Shown here piece by piece: positions 29,218 through 38,503 of a stretch of 64,000 nucleotides of DNA. Source of the stretch: Kiritimatiellia bacterium (lineage in GTDB: Bacteria; Verrucomicrobiota; Kiritimatiellia; JAAZAB01); contig JAXGPF010000007.1 in assembly GCA_040767085.1 (NCBI GenBank), forward strand, positions 160,001 to 224,000, read 5' to 3'. Within the stretch, counting starts at the first letter, position 1, and each line of letters opens with the position of its first letter. The notes beneath the pieces were generated by a model that did not search any database, was not told the DNA's origin, and saw only the letters and a list, made by a program, of their open reading frames with translations. The translations under genes and the position numbers were made by a program.

Positions 29218-30117
29218 TCAGGCTTCCGCCCACAGGGACCGGATCGCATCACGGGAGACCAGCAGCGGATCTGTCTGGCCCGCATCGCTGATATCCGCGG
29301 CATAGTTGCGCGACATGGCATCCAGGCACACTTCAATGGTAAACTTGCCCTTGAATCCGACCTGCTTCAGCGCTCGGAAAAGGGATCGTAAATCCAGGTT
29401 GCCGTAGCCGAGATGCCTGTGTTCGTCCGCCAGGCCCCGATTATCGCTGAAGTGGACTTCCAGCACCTCAAAAGGCAGCCTGCAAACGTATGCGCCTATT
29501 TCGGTTTCGCCCTCGACCCCGCCGCTGCGCACATGAATGTTTGCATGGCCGGCATCAAGCAACATGCCGACTCCGGGCGCGCAAAGACTCTTGAAGCGCG
29601 TGAAATTGTCCAACGTGCGATATGCGCCCGGACCGCCATGGCTGTTTTCCAATCCGACTTTTATGCTCAACCCGCGCAACCCCGCCTCCAGCATGTCAAT
29701 AAAACCGCGGTTCGCTTCGTAGTCGAAATGCCGGATATGCTCCTGGCCTGGCAGAACAAGAGGATCCGAACAGCAGGAGTGCACGCCGTTGGTATTTTCA
29801 TGCCACCAGATGACGTTGTCGATCATTGCCCGGACAAAATCGGCATCCGGCTTTCCGTCCTTTATTCGGGTTTGCGGAACGTTGCCGTGGTATGTCACGT
29901 AAAATCCGGATGATTTGATGGCCGCGGCCGCATCCTCTCTTTCCTTGGGTTTGCAGTCCATCACGTATTGCAGGAGCGAAACACCCTGAAAACCGTTCCG
30001 GATCAGCCACTCGATTCGGTCTGCAAGTTTGCCGCCCTTGAGAAGCCATTGCGCCACGCCGATCGGTGGAAGGCCGTCATCGGGACTGTTTGCTTTGCTT
30101 GTCATTGCGTCAGTCAT
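29218..30117 (-). CDS. Sugar phosphate isomerase/epimerase (xylose isomerase-like TIM barrel)
   Basis: GLEN, LLDAGHA, VHFSDN, HRHLGYG.LD, FTIE metal ligands. Confidence 0.85.
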   Translation of the reverse strand: MTDAMTSKANSPDDGLPPIGVAQWLLKGGKLADRIEWLIRNGFQGVSLLQYVMDCKPKEREDAAAAIKSSGFYVTYHGNVPQTRIKDGKPDADFVRAMIDNVIWWHENTNGVHSCCSDPLVLPGQEHIRHFDYEANRGFIDMLEAGLRGLSIKVGLENSHGGPGAYRTLDNFTRFKSLCAPGVGMLLDAGHANIHVRSGGVEGETEIGAYVCRLPFEVLEVHFSDNRGLADEHRHLGYGNLDLRSLFRALKQVGFKGKFTIEVCLDAMSRNYAADISDAGQTDPLLVSRDAIRSLWAEA

Positions 30118-30926
30118 CCGTGGAGGTCGGGCGTCAAGGCGAAAGGCATGATGTGCTCACGGGTCAGGTTCAATGCCCGCGCGAAAGACATCAGCTCCGG
30201 CAATTTTTTCTGCGACTCGGGGTCGTGGGCATCGGTGCCGAAAGTGAATTTACAGCCCGCTTTCTTGGCGATGGACAGGAAGCGAATGGGGGTCTCAATG
30301 GAGAAGGCGGCTACGCGCGGAGAGGGCAGAAAGGACGCATTCACTTCGATGCCGACTCCCGCTCCGGCGGCAAGGCTGAACAGGTCAAAGAACTCGTCGT
30401 CTGAAATGGCGGACAGGACGGCATCGAACCGGTCCATGTACCCGAGCAACAGGAACGGATGCGCGATGACCGTGGCGATTCCGCTCGTGACGGCGGCGCG
30501 GAAAAACCGGGTGGCGAGCGCCGCAATATCGCGGGGTGCGGGGCTTGCCGGCCGTTCGGCGAACTTGAAATGGAAATGGCTGCACGCCAGGAGCACGAAA
30601 TCCAGTTCGCGGGCGAATTCCGGCGTCAGCCCCACTTGGCCGGGAGCAATCATGTCGGCTTCGCACCCTACAAGGACCCGCACAGGGGACGAAATCGAAG
30701 CGAGGTCAGCCCGCAGTCTGGATATCTGGTTCTGATCCTGCGGGCGATACCACTCCGGCGGCGGGATGTCCGGATTGACCCAGATGTGATCGGCAAACCC
30801 GATCGTCTCCACGCCCATGCTTTCGGCCAACTCGAGAATTGCGCCCGGCGTCTGGCGGTCTTTGGCTTTGCAACACGTCGAGAGGTATGTGTGGAGATGG
30901 AGATCATGGGTCAGCTTCATGTTCAT
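30114..30926 (-). CDS. PHP-domain phosphoesterase
   Basis: DLHLHT, GFADH, GCEAD, IAHP, IEVN, FGTDAH. Confidence 0.9.
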   Translation of the reverse strand: MNMKLTHDLHLHTYLSTCCKAKDRQTPGAILELAESMGVETIGFADHIWVNPDIPPPEWYRPQDQNQISRLRADLASISSPVRVLVGCEADMIAPGQVGLTPEFARELDFVLLACSHFHFKFAERPASPAPRDIAALATRFFRAAVTSGIATVIAHPFLLLGYMDRFDAVLSAISDDEFFDLFSLAAGAGVGIEVNASFLPSPRVAAFSIETPIRFLSIAKKAGCKFTFGTDAHDPESQKKLPELMSFARALNLTREHIMPFALTPDLHG

Positions 30927-31171
30927 GCGTAAAACCTATCAAAAATTACGGCGTTAAACGAGGCAAAATCGGATTGATTGGCTGAATTCCTATGGGACAG
31001 CCACGTGTCCAAAAAGGGGGTGCATAGTGGAATTAGACAAAAACACCGGAACTGAACTTCTGGAAACCAATGCATATTTATTAGGAAATAAAGGCTTTTT
31101 CAGGCCCGATATTCTTCCTGTGGGATGCAACTGTTTTCATATCATTGCATGCACATCCTTGTCCTATAAGG

Positions 31172-31214
31172 ATAGCGCATTGCGGTGTTTATGCAATGAA
31201 TTTTTAAGGCGGGG
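31172..31214. repeat. Degenerate 43-bp direct repeat, copy B
   Basis: ATAGCGCATTGCGGTGTTTATGCAATGAATTTTTAAGGCGGGG; matches 18629-18671. Confidence 0.75.
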
Positions 31215-31225
31215 CGTTTTCGCCG

Positions 31226-31254
31226 TTGACCGGATGCCGCCGGGATGTTAGGAT
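31226..31254 (+). promoter_or_regulatory. Sigma70-like promoter of tRNA-Pro
   Basis: TTGACC-17 nt-TAGGAT, 15 nt before the tRNA. Confidence 0.7.
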
Positions 31255-31269
31255 ACAGGTTTTGGATGT

Positions 31270-31346
31270 CGGGGCGTAGCGCAGACTGGTAGCGCGTTTG
31301 CTTGGGGTGCAAAAGGTCGCGGGTTCAAATCCCGCCGCTCCGACCA
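31270..31346 (+). tRNA. tRNA-Pro (GGG)
   Basis: CGGGGCG/CGCTCCG acceptor stem, TTTGC-TTGGGGT-GCAAA anticodon arm, GGTTCAAATCC, encoded CCA. Confidence 0.97.
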
Positions 31347-31540
31347 TACTTCGCTCGGAGCGGAGCGACGAGCGAAGTATGCCCTACGTAGCACGGCGCC
31401 GCGCCGGGCGAAGCAGGGCCGGCTCGATGGTTCCCGCTCCGTGCTACGTACTTGTCCTGCGAAGCCTTGGCGAAGCAGGATGGCACGCCAGCAGCGAGCG
31501 AAGGCTGCCGCGCCGTAGTGGCGCAGCCACGAAGGCGGGC
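31346..31540. repeat. Cluster of CGAAG/CGTAG-type palindromic repeats downstream of tRNA-Pro
   Basis: ATACTTCGCTCG/CGAGCGAAGTAT; TACGTAGCACGG/CCGTGCTACGTA; TCCTGCGAAGCCTTGGCGAAGCAGGA; CGCCGTAGTGGCGCAGCCACGAAGGCG. Confidence 0.8.
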
Positions 31541-31612
31541 AAGCTACTGGTGGACGAAATCCATAAATTCCGACTCGTCCGCCGCAACTCCGGCAGCGCC
31601 CCCACCCCATAA
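31427..31612 (+). pseudogene. Probable degenerate small GIY-YIG nuclease
   Basis: CYVLVLRSL...SERRL...TK..KLLV.E follows the YVYxLxS / ERRL / TK..KLV.E order of small GIY-YIG proteins; the YIG segment is missing. Confidence 0.4.
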
Positions 31613-31639
31613 CTTCAGCGGGTGCAACCGCTCCGCCGG

Positions 31640-32548
31640 TCAGCGCCGGTTGGCGGCATTGGCCTTTTCTATCCGGGCAAAGTAATCATCGAGCAATTCC
31701 AGCCCGAATTCCCGGACCAGGTCCATGGCCGACCGCTTGTCGGTGTTGCTGTAGATCAACGCGGAACCGATGTTGGGCGGGATATCGATGGCGACTTCAT
31801 CGCGGTATTTGCGTTCAATGTCGGGAAAACGGGCACGGTTGTAATCCAGGTGCACCATGGCGCGGTCCAGGTTGATGCGGGCGCGGGGATTGACGGTGTA
31901 GCAGTCGGACAGCGCCAGGGGGCGGCCGAACGGATCGAGAATGCCGCAACCGTGGAAATAAAGGGCGGAGGCGAAAAAAGCCCGGCATTTATAGGCCCAG
32001 ACCGCCTGCATCAGTCCGCCGTGGTAATTTGACGAAAAGCAGATGATGTCCGGCCGGAGCGCAGCATACTCGCGGCACAGGCTGTCGAAATTCAAATCAA
32101 AACAGACGGCGCCGCCCAGGCGTCCGACAGGCGTGTCAACCGCCACCGCGCCTGGCCCGGAGGCGAGTCCCCTGTCGATTTCCGGCTGGGTCAGATGGGT
32201 TTTGTGGTAGGCGCCAAGCACGCCGTCCGGCCCGACGAAGACGATGGAGTTGTATGCCTGGCCCCGGTCGCGGAGCTTGATGGAGCCGGCCAGGCAGGTT
32301 TTTGCGGAGGCGGCGTAATCCAGGTACATCGAAAGAAAGCGGCCGGGGCGCGCAATTTCCTCCGCATCGTCCACGTCCTGCCCGAATGATTCCACGCTTT
32401 CGCACAAGACCACCAGGTCATGGCCGAGCCCGCGCAATGATTCCAAGGCCTGCCTGGTATGCTCCCAGGCGGCATCTTTCGAGGCCGGATGGCCGCGTTC
32501 CAAGACGGCATTAAACATCACGGCGGCGACATTAACGTATCGGGACAT
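31640..32548 (-). CDS. Carbon-nitrogen hydrolase (nitrilase/amidase family)
   Basis: LVVLCE, YHKTH, VCFDLNF give the E-K-C triad; GGAGGAG RBS. Confidence 0.9.
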   Translation of the reverse strand: MSRYVNVAAVMFNAVLERGHPASKDAAWEHTRQALESLRGLGHDLVVLCESVESFGQDVDDAEEIARPGRFLSMYLDYAASAKTCLAGSIKLRDRGQAYNSIVFVGPDGVLGAYHKTHLTQPEIDRGLASGPGAVAVDTPVGRLGGAVCFDLNFDSLCREYAALRPDIICFSSNYHGGLMQAVWAYKCRAFFASALYFHGCGILDPFGRPLALSDCYTVNPRARINLDRAMVHLDYNRARFPDIERKYRDEVAIDIPPNIGSALIYSNTDKRSAMDLVREFGLELLDDYFARIEKANAANRR

Positions 32549-32670
32549 GGCGGGCTCCTCCCTGGCGCCAATCGACTTGGAAGCGCAAACATTTTGATCA
32601 TCCGATGACCGGCATACAAGCAAAACGTTTCGGAATTATCTGCATTCGCAACAACGAATGGTTGCGCGTT

Positions 32671-33873
32671 TTACCCTGCGGCGCCGCCGGACTTATGCGT
32701 CAGGCCCGGAATGCCAACCGGACGGCCACCCGCCATGGACTGCTCGGCGCAAACCGCCAGCGCTGTCGAGTAATATCCCTGTTCCATGGCCGCCCGGTTG
32801 CCCCGGCAGTCGCGCCGCGCTATCCGCTCGTGAAACCGGCGGCACAGTCCGACATCGCCGCCGCCATGGCTGCTGCCGTCAGGCACGGGTTTCCATTCCT
32901 CGACGCGGCGGTCTTGGGCATGGGCATATTCAATGCGTATCAGGAAACGGCCGGGATTGTCATAATAACCGTACAGCTTGCCTTTGTCGCCCACCAGCCA
33001 GAACTCGCGGGAATAATCCGGCGTGAAGTGGCACTCATGAAAAGTCGCCTGGCCGCCGCCGGCGTAGGATATGCTCAACACGGAGTGGTCGTTCAGATTC
33101 ATGGCCTTGCTCCAGACACAGACATCCGGCATCTCCACCTTGACATTGTAGTCCAACTGCAAGCCCATGGCCTCCAGCCGGTAAGGACAGCGGCGCGCCG
33201 GACAATCCCGGCAACGCCGGCCGGCGGCATATTTGCGGCCATAGAAAACCAGGCCGCCCGTCCCATAGACCTTGACCGGCGGGCGGCCCATGAACCAATT
33301 CAGCAAGTCCAGCGAATGCGACGCCTTTTGCAGCAGGAGCGAACGGTAAAAAGCCTGCTGTTTACGGGGATCATGGAAGTAATAATTCCCGCCAACGGAC
33401 ACGTTGTCAAAAACATGCCCCAGGATGACCCGGCCAATGCGTCCCTCGTCCAGCAGGGCTTTGATGCGTTCGAACAATGTGCAGCAGCGCAGTTCGAACC
33501 CGACCATGAACACGCTGCGCGCCTGGCGGACTGTAGCGGCGATCCGGCGCGCATCCGCCAGGGTTTGGCATAACGGCTTCTCGACCAGCACGTGTTTCCC
33601 CGCGCGCAAGGCGGCAATGGCCGGCGCGGCGTGATCAGGATCATTGGTGGTAATCAATACTGCTTCGATTTCCGGATCTTGCAGCATGGCATCCAGGTTC
33701 CGGTAACAGGCCACCGCTTCGCCATACTTGCGGCGGATCCGGTCCAGGACCGGCGCAGAATAATCGCACACTGCCCGCAGTCTGAATCCATGCGCGGCAT
33801 TGCCGTACATTTCCGCAAAATACTCTCCCCGCGCCCCCATCCCAACAACCGCGGTCTTGATGATTTTCCGCAT
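32671..33873 (-). CDS. Gfo/Idh/MocA oxidoreductase
   Basis: AVVGMGARG, GKHVLVEKPL, LLQKASHSLD, HGGGD. Confidence 0.92.
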   Translation of the reverse strand: MRKIIKTAVVGMGARGEYFAEMYGNAAHGFRLRAVCDYSAPVLDRIRRKYGEAVACYRNLDAMLQDPEIEAVLITTNDPDHAAPAIAALRAGKHVLVEKPLCQTLADARRIAATVRQARSVFMVGFELRCCTLFERIKALLDEGRIGRVILGHVFDNVSVGGNYYFHDPRKQQAFYRSLLLQKASHSLDLLNWFMGRPPVKVYGTGGLVFYGRKYAAGRRCRDCPARRCPYRLEAMGLQLDYNVKVEMPDVCVWSKAMNLNDHSVLSISYAGGGQATFHECHFTPDYSREFWLVGDKGKLYGYYDNPGRFLIRIEYAHAQDRRVEEWKPVPDGSSHGGGDVGLCRRFHERIARRDCRGNRAAMEQGYYSTALAVCAEQSMAGGRPVGIPGLTHKSGGAAG

Positions 33874-33924
33874 GATCCATCCTTTCGACTCGAACGCGGC
33901 ATCCTGCATTCCGCGCAAAATATA

Positions 33925-35580
33925 TCAGGTGAGTATCTGCCCATCCGCCAACAGACGCCGCTGCAGCCGGTCATAATCAATGTGCTGGATGGCGGTCTGC
34001 TCGTCAATGGCATGAGCGGCGGCCGTCGCGGCCGACTGGCCCAGCAGCATGAATACCGGTTCCATGCGGATGGAGCCGAAGGCGATGTGGGAGGCTGAAA
34101 GGCAGACGGGCACGGCCAGATTCACGCATTCTCCGGCGCAGGGGACAATAGACTGGAAAGAAATCGGGTATGGCGCAAAATTGCCCACCTCCACATCCCC
34201 CTCGTTGCGCACAAATCCGTCCGCGCCGACATATCGCCGGACATGATGCGAATCCATGCCATAAGCGGCCATCCCGACCGGGTCGGCCGCCTTCACCCGT
34301 CCTTCGCAATGGTGTTGCGTCATCACCATTGCGCCGATCATCCGGCGGGCTTCCCGGATGTAAAGTTGTTCCGGCCAGCCGGCGTTTTCGAGGAATTCAT
34401 CCTTGCACACTCCCCAACAGCTTACCACAGCCCGGATGGCGGCCGGCACGCGGGGATGATTCGCCAATGCCCACATCAACCCCTGCTGGTATTTGAGATG
34501 CGCCCGAACAATCGCTGCGCGTTCCGCGTAAGTCCCTGCCGGATAACGGAAATTCCGCCCGATAAAATCGGTCGATACCCCTCCGCGGTTGTTGGTGTCC
34601 GTTTTACGGTTAGGCATTGGGGTATTGATCCAGGGAATTGCGGTTTCGCCCGCCTCATAATTCCGGAACAGGAGTTCATAATCCAGGTCGCAATACCCCG
34701 CGGGCTTCTGAAACGGCAGCCGGTTTTCAGGATGATCCGTCAGGCACATGCGGAAACAGTAAGCTTGCAAACGCGCATCGCCCGCGCCTTCCACGCCGGG
34801 CCCGGCGGGATCGATGCCCGGCAAAAGCCCGCTGGCCGGCTGGCCCCTGACAACATAAGGATCAACTCCGGGCCGGAGCTGATGATAAACCGCCTGCCGG
34901 GCGCGCACGCCGTTGAGATTTTCGCCATAAACGGATTCCGCTTCCCGTCCGATCCGGCAAGCAACACCGGCCGCGGCCATCAAATCGCCTTCGTAGGAGG
35001 CATCTATAAACATGGCCGCGCGGAATTTCCGGCCGGATTCCATTTCAATTGACAATATCCGCCGGCCGTCCATGGCCACGCCGCCGGCGCGATTCAAACG
35101 TTCGCCATACGCCACCGGCACGTTTGTTTCGGCGATAAAATCCGCGAATATCTTCTGCGCCGCGGATGGCTCGAAAGTCCACATGCAGTCTTCGCTTTGC
35201 GCGGCGCGGTTGGCGCCCGTGGCCTGATATGATTCGGGTTTTTGCCAGCGCCAGTTGGAGGCGTCAGCGTAAAACGCCCTGACGCGCCGATAAAATTCCC
35301 GGGCCAAGCCGCCGATCGCCGCCTTGCTGCCGATATCCGTCCGGCCCAGACCGCCGGTTGTCAGGCCGCCGATCCGGCGTCCCGGCTCGACGATCACTGC
35401 CGTTTTGTTCATGCGGACGGCCTGAATAGCGGCCATCACGCCCGCCGAAGTGCCGCCGTAAACAACGATATCCGCCCGGTATTCCGCCGGCAACGTTTCG
35501 CTATGTTTGCCCGCGGCGCGGTCCGGCAAATCCACGCCGCGGGCCGGCGCGTCTGCCTGGGATTGATCCGGCTTGCGCAT
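33925..35580 (-). CDS. FAD-dependent oxidoreductase (FAD_oxidored family)
   Basis: DIVVYGGTSAGV.AA, IGGLTTGGLG, FIDASYEGDL, YIREARRM, SHIAFGSIRMEP. Confidence 0.9.
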   Translation of the reverse strand: MRKPDQSQADAPARGVDLPDRAAGKHSETLPAEYRADIVVYGGTSAGVMAAIQAVRMNKTAVIVEPGRRIGGLTTGGLGRTDIGSKAAIGGLAREFYRRVRAFYADASNWRWQKPESYQATGANRAAQSEDCMWTFEPSAAQKIFADFIAETNVPVAYGERLNRAGGVAMDGRRILSIEMESGRKFRAAMFIDASYEGDLMAAAGVACRIGREAESVYGENLNGVRARQAVYHQLRPGVDPYVVRGQPASGLLPGIDPAGPGVEGAGDARLQAYCFRMCLTDHPENRLPFQKPAGYCDLDYELLFRNYEAGETAIPWINTPMPNRKTDTNNRGGVSTDFIGRNFRYPAGTYAERAAIVRAHLKYQQGLMWALANHPRVPAAIRAVVSCWGVCKDEFLENAGWPEQLYIREARRMIGAMVMTQHHCEGRVKAADPVGMAAYGMDSHHVRRYVGADGFVRNEGDVEVGNFAPYPISFQSIVPCAGECVNLAVPVCLSASHIAFGSIRMEPVFMLLGQSAATAAAHAIDEQTAIQHIDYDRLQRRLLADGQILT

Positions 35581-35590
35581 CAAGTTTTCC

Positions 35591-37174
35591 TCAGTTCCGA
35601 TTCAGTTCGTTGAAAATGCCGCGGACCGCCGCCTCGAAAATCCCCTCCCACTCCGGCGCCAACAGGCACTCAGTCGCCTCGTAACCGCCGCGGGGATAGT
35701 AACTGGCGGGAGGAGCATAATGGAGGTAGCCGTTGGACAGCGAGACGACCAAAGTGTTTTTAAAAGGCGACATGCGCTTCACGTTCAGGCCGACTTCCGC
35801 CAGCAGTTCCATCGGCGCGGTGATCAAAACGCTGTCGCCAATCCGGATGCCCTGGATTTCGGCGGGCACGCGCTCGGCGCCAAGCGTCTCGATAATTTCG
35901 TGGTGCTTCCGCAGGGTGGCGATTTTCTCTTCGTTCCGCGCCATGCGTTCCATGGCGCGGATACTGGCCAGGTATTTCGCCACCGCGTTGCGATTTCGTT
36001 TATCAAGCGCCTGCATGAGCGGATTGCCGCATTGTTCAGCCTGCATATAACGAAAGGCCCAGTGGGATGGATAGTCCGGATGCAGCGCATACTTGAGATA
36101 TAGCGGCAGAAATTCCTTGAATCCCAGGGGGGTGTACCTCAGCGAAGCCAGGTCGGCAGCCTGGGCCTGCTGCAACTGTGCCATCACTTCGTGAAGATCA
36201 GTTCTGAGCGGAAACTCAACCTGGCGCGCAGTTCTCCGCAGCGTTGCCGGCCCGGTCGCGATGCCGCGGCAGGCTTCGACTACATCCTGGCCCAGACGCG
36301 TCCCGAATTCGAGGGAACTGGCTGGAAGTCCGGTATCATACCGCGACACCTCGTCAATGTCGCCCTGCGCGCCCTGGAGGAAAAGCGCCATGGCGACGCC
36401 GTCGAGATTGGCCTCGATGTAACGCATGGCGACGCCGGCATGATCGGCGGTGATATGGCCCTGGGCGCCTTGGGGCGAGCCGAGCAGGAGATGCGATGCA
36501 AAGTTGTAAACCACGGCCAGCGGGCTGCCGTCCAGGCGATCCACCCGCAGGATGCCGATCTCGGGATCGATGGGACGCAATCCCGCGACCGCTTCATCCG
36601 GCGGCGCGGGGTTGCAGCCCCGGAAGGTATAGTCCGTCCCGTCCCGCATCATCATGGTGCGGTTAAAAGTGAGACGATCCTCGCGCCGTGCGCCCGCCCC
36701 GATTTTGACCGGCATCCGGTTCTGCAACGCCTGGCTGACCGCCGCCACGGTTTTGGCAATTTGCTCATCATCGCTGCAGAGCATCCGCGCCACTTGATGA
36801 GTATGCGATGCGCTGATGTTCACGCAGGCGCCGGGGAGGCCCAGTTCCTGCTCCAGCCGCAAGCGCAGTTTCGGCACAAAATCATCCGCGCTGGAATCCA
36901 AAATGTTCTGACTGATGGTGCGGGCGGCAATGGCGGTGACGTCCATGGTGACCAGCGCCACCATTTCCCGCCCATCGTCCAGGACCAGCGCGCGCACGTA
37001 AAGCGGATCGTCCACCGTAATGCGCTGTTGCAGGTATTGGGGCGGAATGTGCGCCTTGACCTTTTCGGAAAGCACATCCGCCCAGATACCGTCCGCCCGG
37101 CAGGTGATCTCCGCCCTGCCCACCCCCGCCCGCAGGCATTTGATTTCGGGTGTCACAGGCATATCATCACTCAA
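35591..37174 (-). CDS. Neutral/alkaline ceramidase-like protein
   Basis: RAGVGRAEIT, DDPLYVRALVL, ISASHTH, IDPEIGIL, NFASH, FLQGAQGD, GYLHY.P....Y.RGGYE. Confidence 0.75.
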   Translation of the reverse strand: MSDDMPVTPEIKCLRAGVGRAEITCRADGIWADVLSEKVKAHIPPQYLQQRITVDDPLYVRALVLDDGREMVALVTMDVTAIAARTISQNILDSSADDFVPKLRLRLEQELGLPGACVNISASHTHQVARMLCSDDEQIAKTVAAVSQALQNRMPVKIGAGARREDRLTFNRTMMMRDGTDYTFRGCNPAPPDEAVAGLRPIDPEIGILRVDRLDGSPLAVVYNFASHLLLGSPQGAQGHITADHAGVAMRYIEANLDGVAMALFLQGAQGDIDEVSRYDTGLPASSLEFGTRLGQDVVEACRGIATGPATLRRTARQVEFPLRTDLHEVMAQLQQAQAADLASLRYTPLGFKEFLPLYLKYALHPDYPSHWAFRYMQAEQCGNPLMQALDKRNRNAVAKYLASIRAMERMARNEEKIATLRKHHEIIETLGAERVPAEIQGIRIGDSVLITAPMELLAEVGLNVKRMSPFKNTLVVSLSNGYLHYAPPASYYPRGGYEATECLLAPEWEGIFEAAVRGIFNELNRN

Positions 37175-38447
37175 GGATTGGCTCGCCCCAGATGCCGTGC
37201 AAGGCGCTGGTAAGCCCTTTTAATTTTTGGCGCTCGCTGTCCGATAGTCCGCCGCGGAACTGCATCTCCAGGCGGAGCGAATGCGAGCGGCGCAAATCCG
37301 CGGCCAGGCGGACAGCGGGCGTGCCGGCGCGGACAACTGCGCGGGCCAATTCTCCCCTGTCGCCATGGACGGAAAATGCCGCCGACAAGAAAGGCAGCTT
37401 GTCAAGCCCGGGATTAAGCCCCACGCGCGCGGTAAACTTGCGAAAGGCGCCCGGCGCGATCACATATTCAACCCTGGCAGGCTCCGCGAACTTCGGCGGG
37501 ATCACGCACAAACCATGCACGCGCTCATCCCGGCCGTCCGCCCGGGCACGCAGCGTCAGCGGACGCGTTTTCAGCAGGTATGGCCCCCGGCAGGGGCGCG
37601 CGAAGTTGGCCGGATCCATTAAGACATCCACCAGCGGGCGGAAGCGGCATAAACAGCTGACTTCGGCTAAAACATAGGGCAAAGCGCAAAGATCGTATTG
37701 GGCGCCGGCGGCTTTGCGCCCCGCATCGGCCAGGCAAAAAACCGTATGCATAAAATCCGCGGTTTTGCGCGCCGACTCGCTCTGGGCGCGGGAAGAATAA
37801 TCGCGGGCGTCTTTAATTCTGCCGGCGTAAAGCGCCTGTTCCATCGGGGCCGCCAGCGATGCGCCGAATCTGCTGCCGGCGATCAGATCATTCATGGCCG
37901 CCATTTCGGCCCGTTCCAGGGTGTCGCCCAGCAATCGCGGGGTATACCCCGGAATGGACGCCGGCCCGCGCAGGCATTCCTTGTTGGTCAATATCCGCTT
38001 CGCCGGATGATACACGCCGGACGGCACGAAGATGTCGAGCGCCCAGTCGAACACGGCATGTCCCGGTTCGATCGCATCGGCAATCACGTGCGAATACACC
38101 CCGCAGTATTTAACGGCGGATTTTAAATCTCCGGCCCGGAGACTGCCCACCGCCTGGCGCAAATAATGACGGCAAAGATAAAGATCGGGGAGCGGCGGTT
38201 GCCCGCACCAGGTCCAGAGCGGCTCAGACCGGCTGATGCGTTCCAGCCGGCGTTGCCAGGCCGTTTGCGGCGGCGGCGGGAAAAGAAAATGCGCTTCCCG
38301 GGGATTGTTTTGCCGGATCGTCGCAGCATGGTCCGGATACCAGCTGCTTTTGATAAAATCTTCCTTGTATGGCTGGAAAATTTTGCGGATGTCTTCTGGT
38401 TGCGCCGCCAGCGCGGCCATCGCAATCGAATCGTGTACTTGACTCAT
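37167..38447 (-). CDS. Hypothetical protein: Zn-dependent PLC/P1-nuclease-like N-terminus plus NPCBM-like C-terminus
   Basis: N-terminal H, YPD, G.YSH.IAD...PGH; C-terminal HGLCV.P...FTARVGL...FSVHGD...WGEP. Confidence 0.6.
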   Translation of the reverse strand: MSQVHDSIAMAALAAQPEDIRKIFQPYKEDFIKSSWYPDHAATIRQNNPREAHFLFPPPPQTAWQRRLERISRSEPLWTWCGQPPLPDLYLCRHYLRQAVGSLRAGDLKSAVKYCGVYSHVIADAIEPGHAVFDWALDIFVPSGVYHPAKRILTNKECLRGPASIPGYTPRLLGDTLERAEMAAMNDLIAGSRFGASLAAPMEQALYAGRIKDARDYSSRAQSESARKTADFMHTVFCLADAGRKAAGAQYDLCALPYVLAEVSCLCRFRPLVDVLMDPANFARPCRGPYLLKTRPLTLRARADGRDERVHGLCVIPPKFAEPARVEYVIAPGAFRKFTARVGLNPGLDKLPFLSAAFSVHGDRGELARAVVRAGTPAVRLAADLRRSHSLRLEMQFRGGLSDSERQKLKGLTSALHGIWGEPILE

Positions 38448-38503
38448 AACCGTTTATGTTCCTTCAGGATGCCGGACAAGGCGCCAATGGCGCCGCCGCG
38501 CAA

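Noticed and set aside
30990-31050. GGGACAGCCAC motif and possible IS end near the island's right boundary
   Set aside because: Too short and no matching partner end found
31346-31540. CRISPR array
   Set aside because: Units are non-identical, irregularly spaced palindromes, and no cas genes are present
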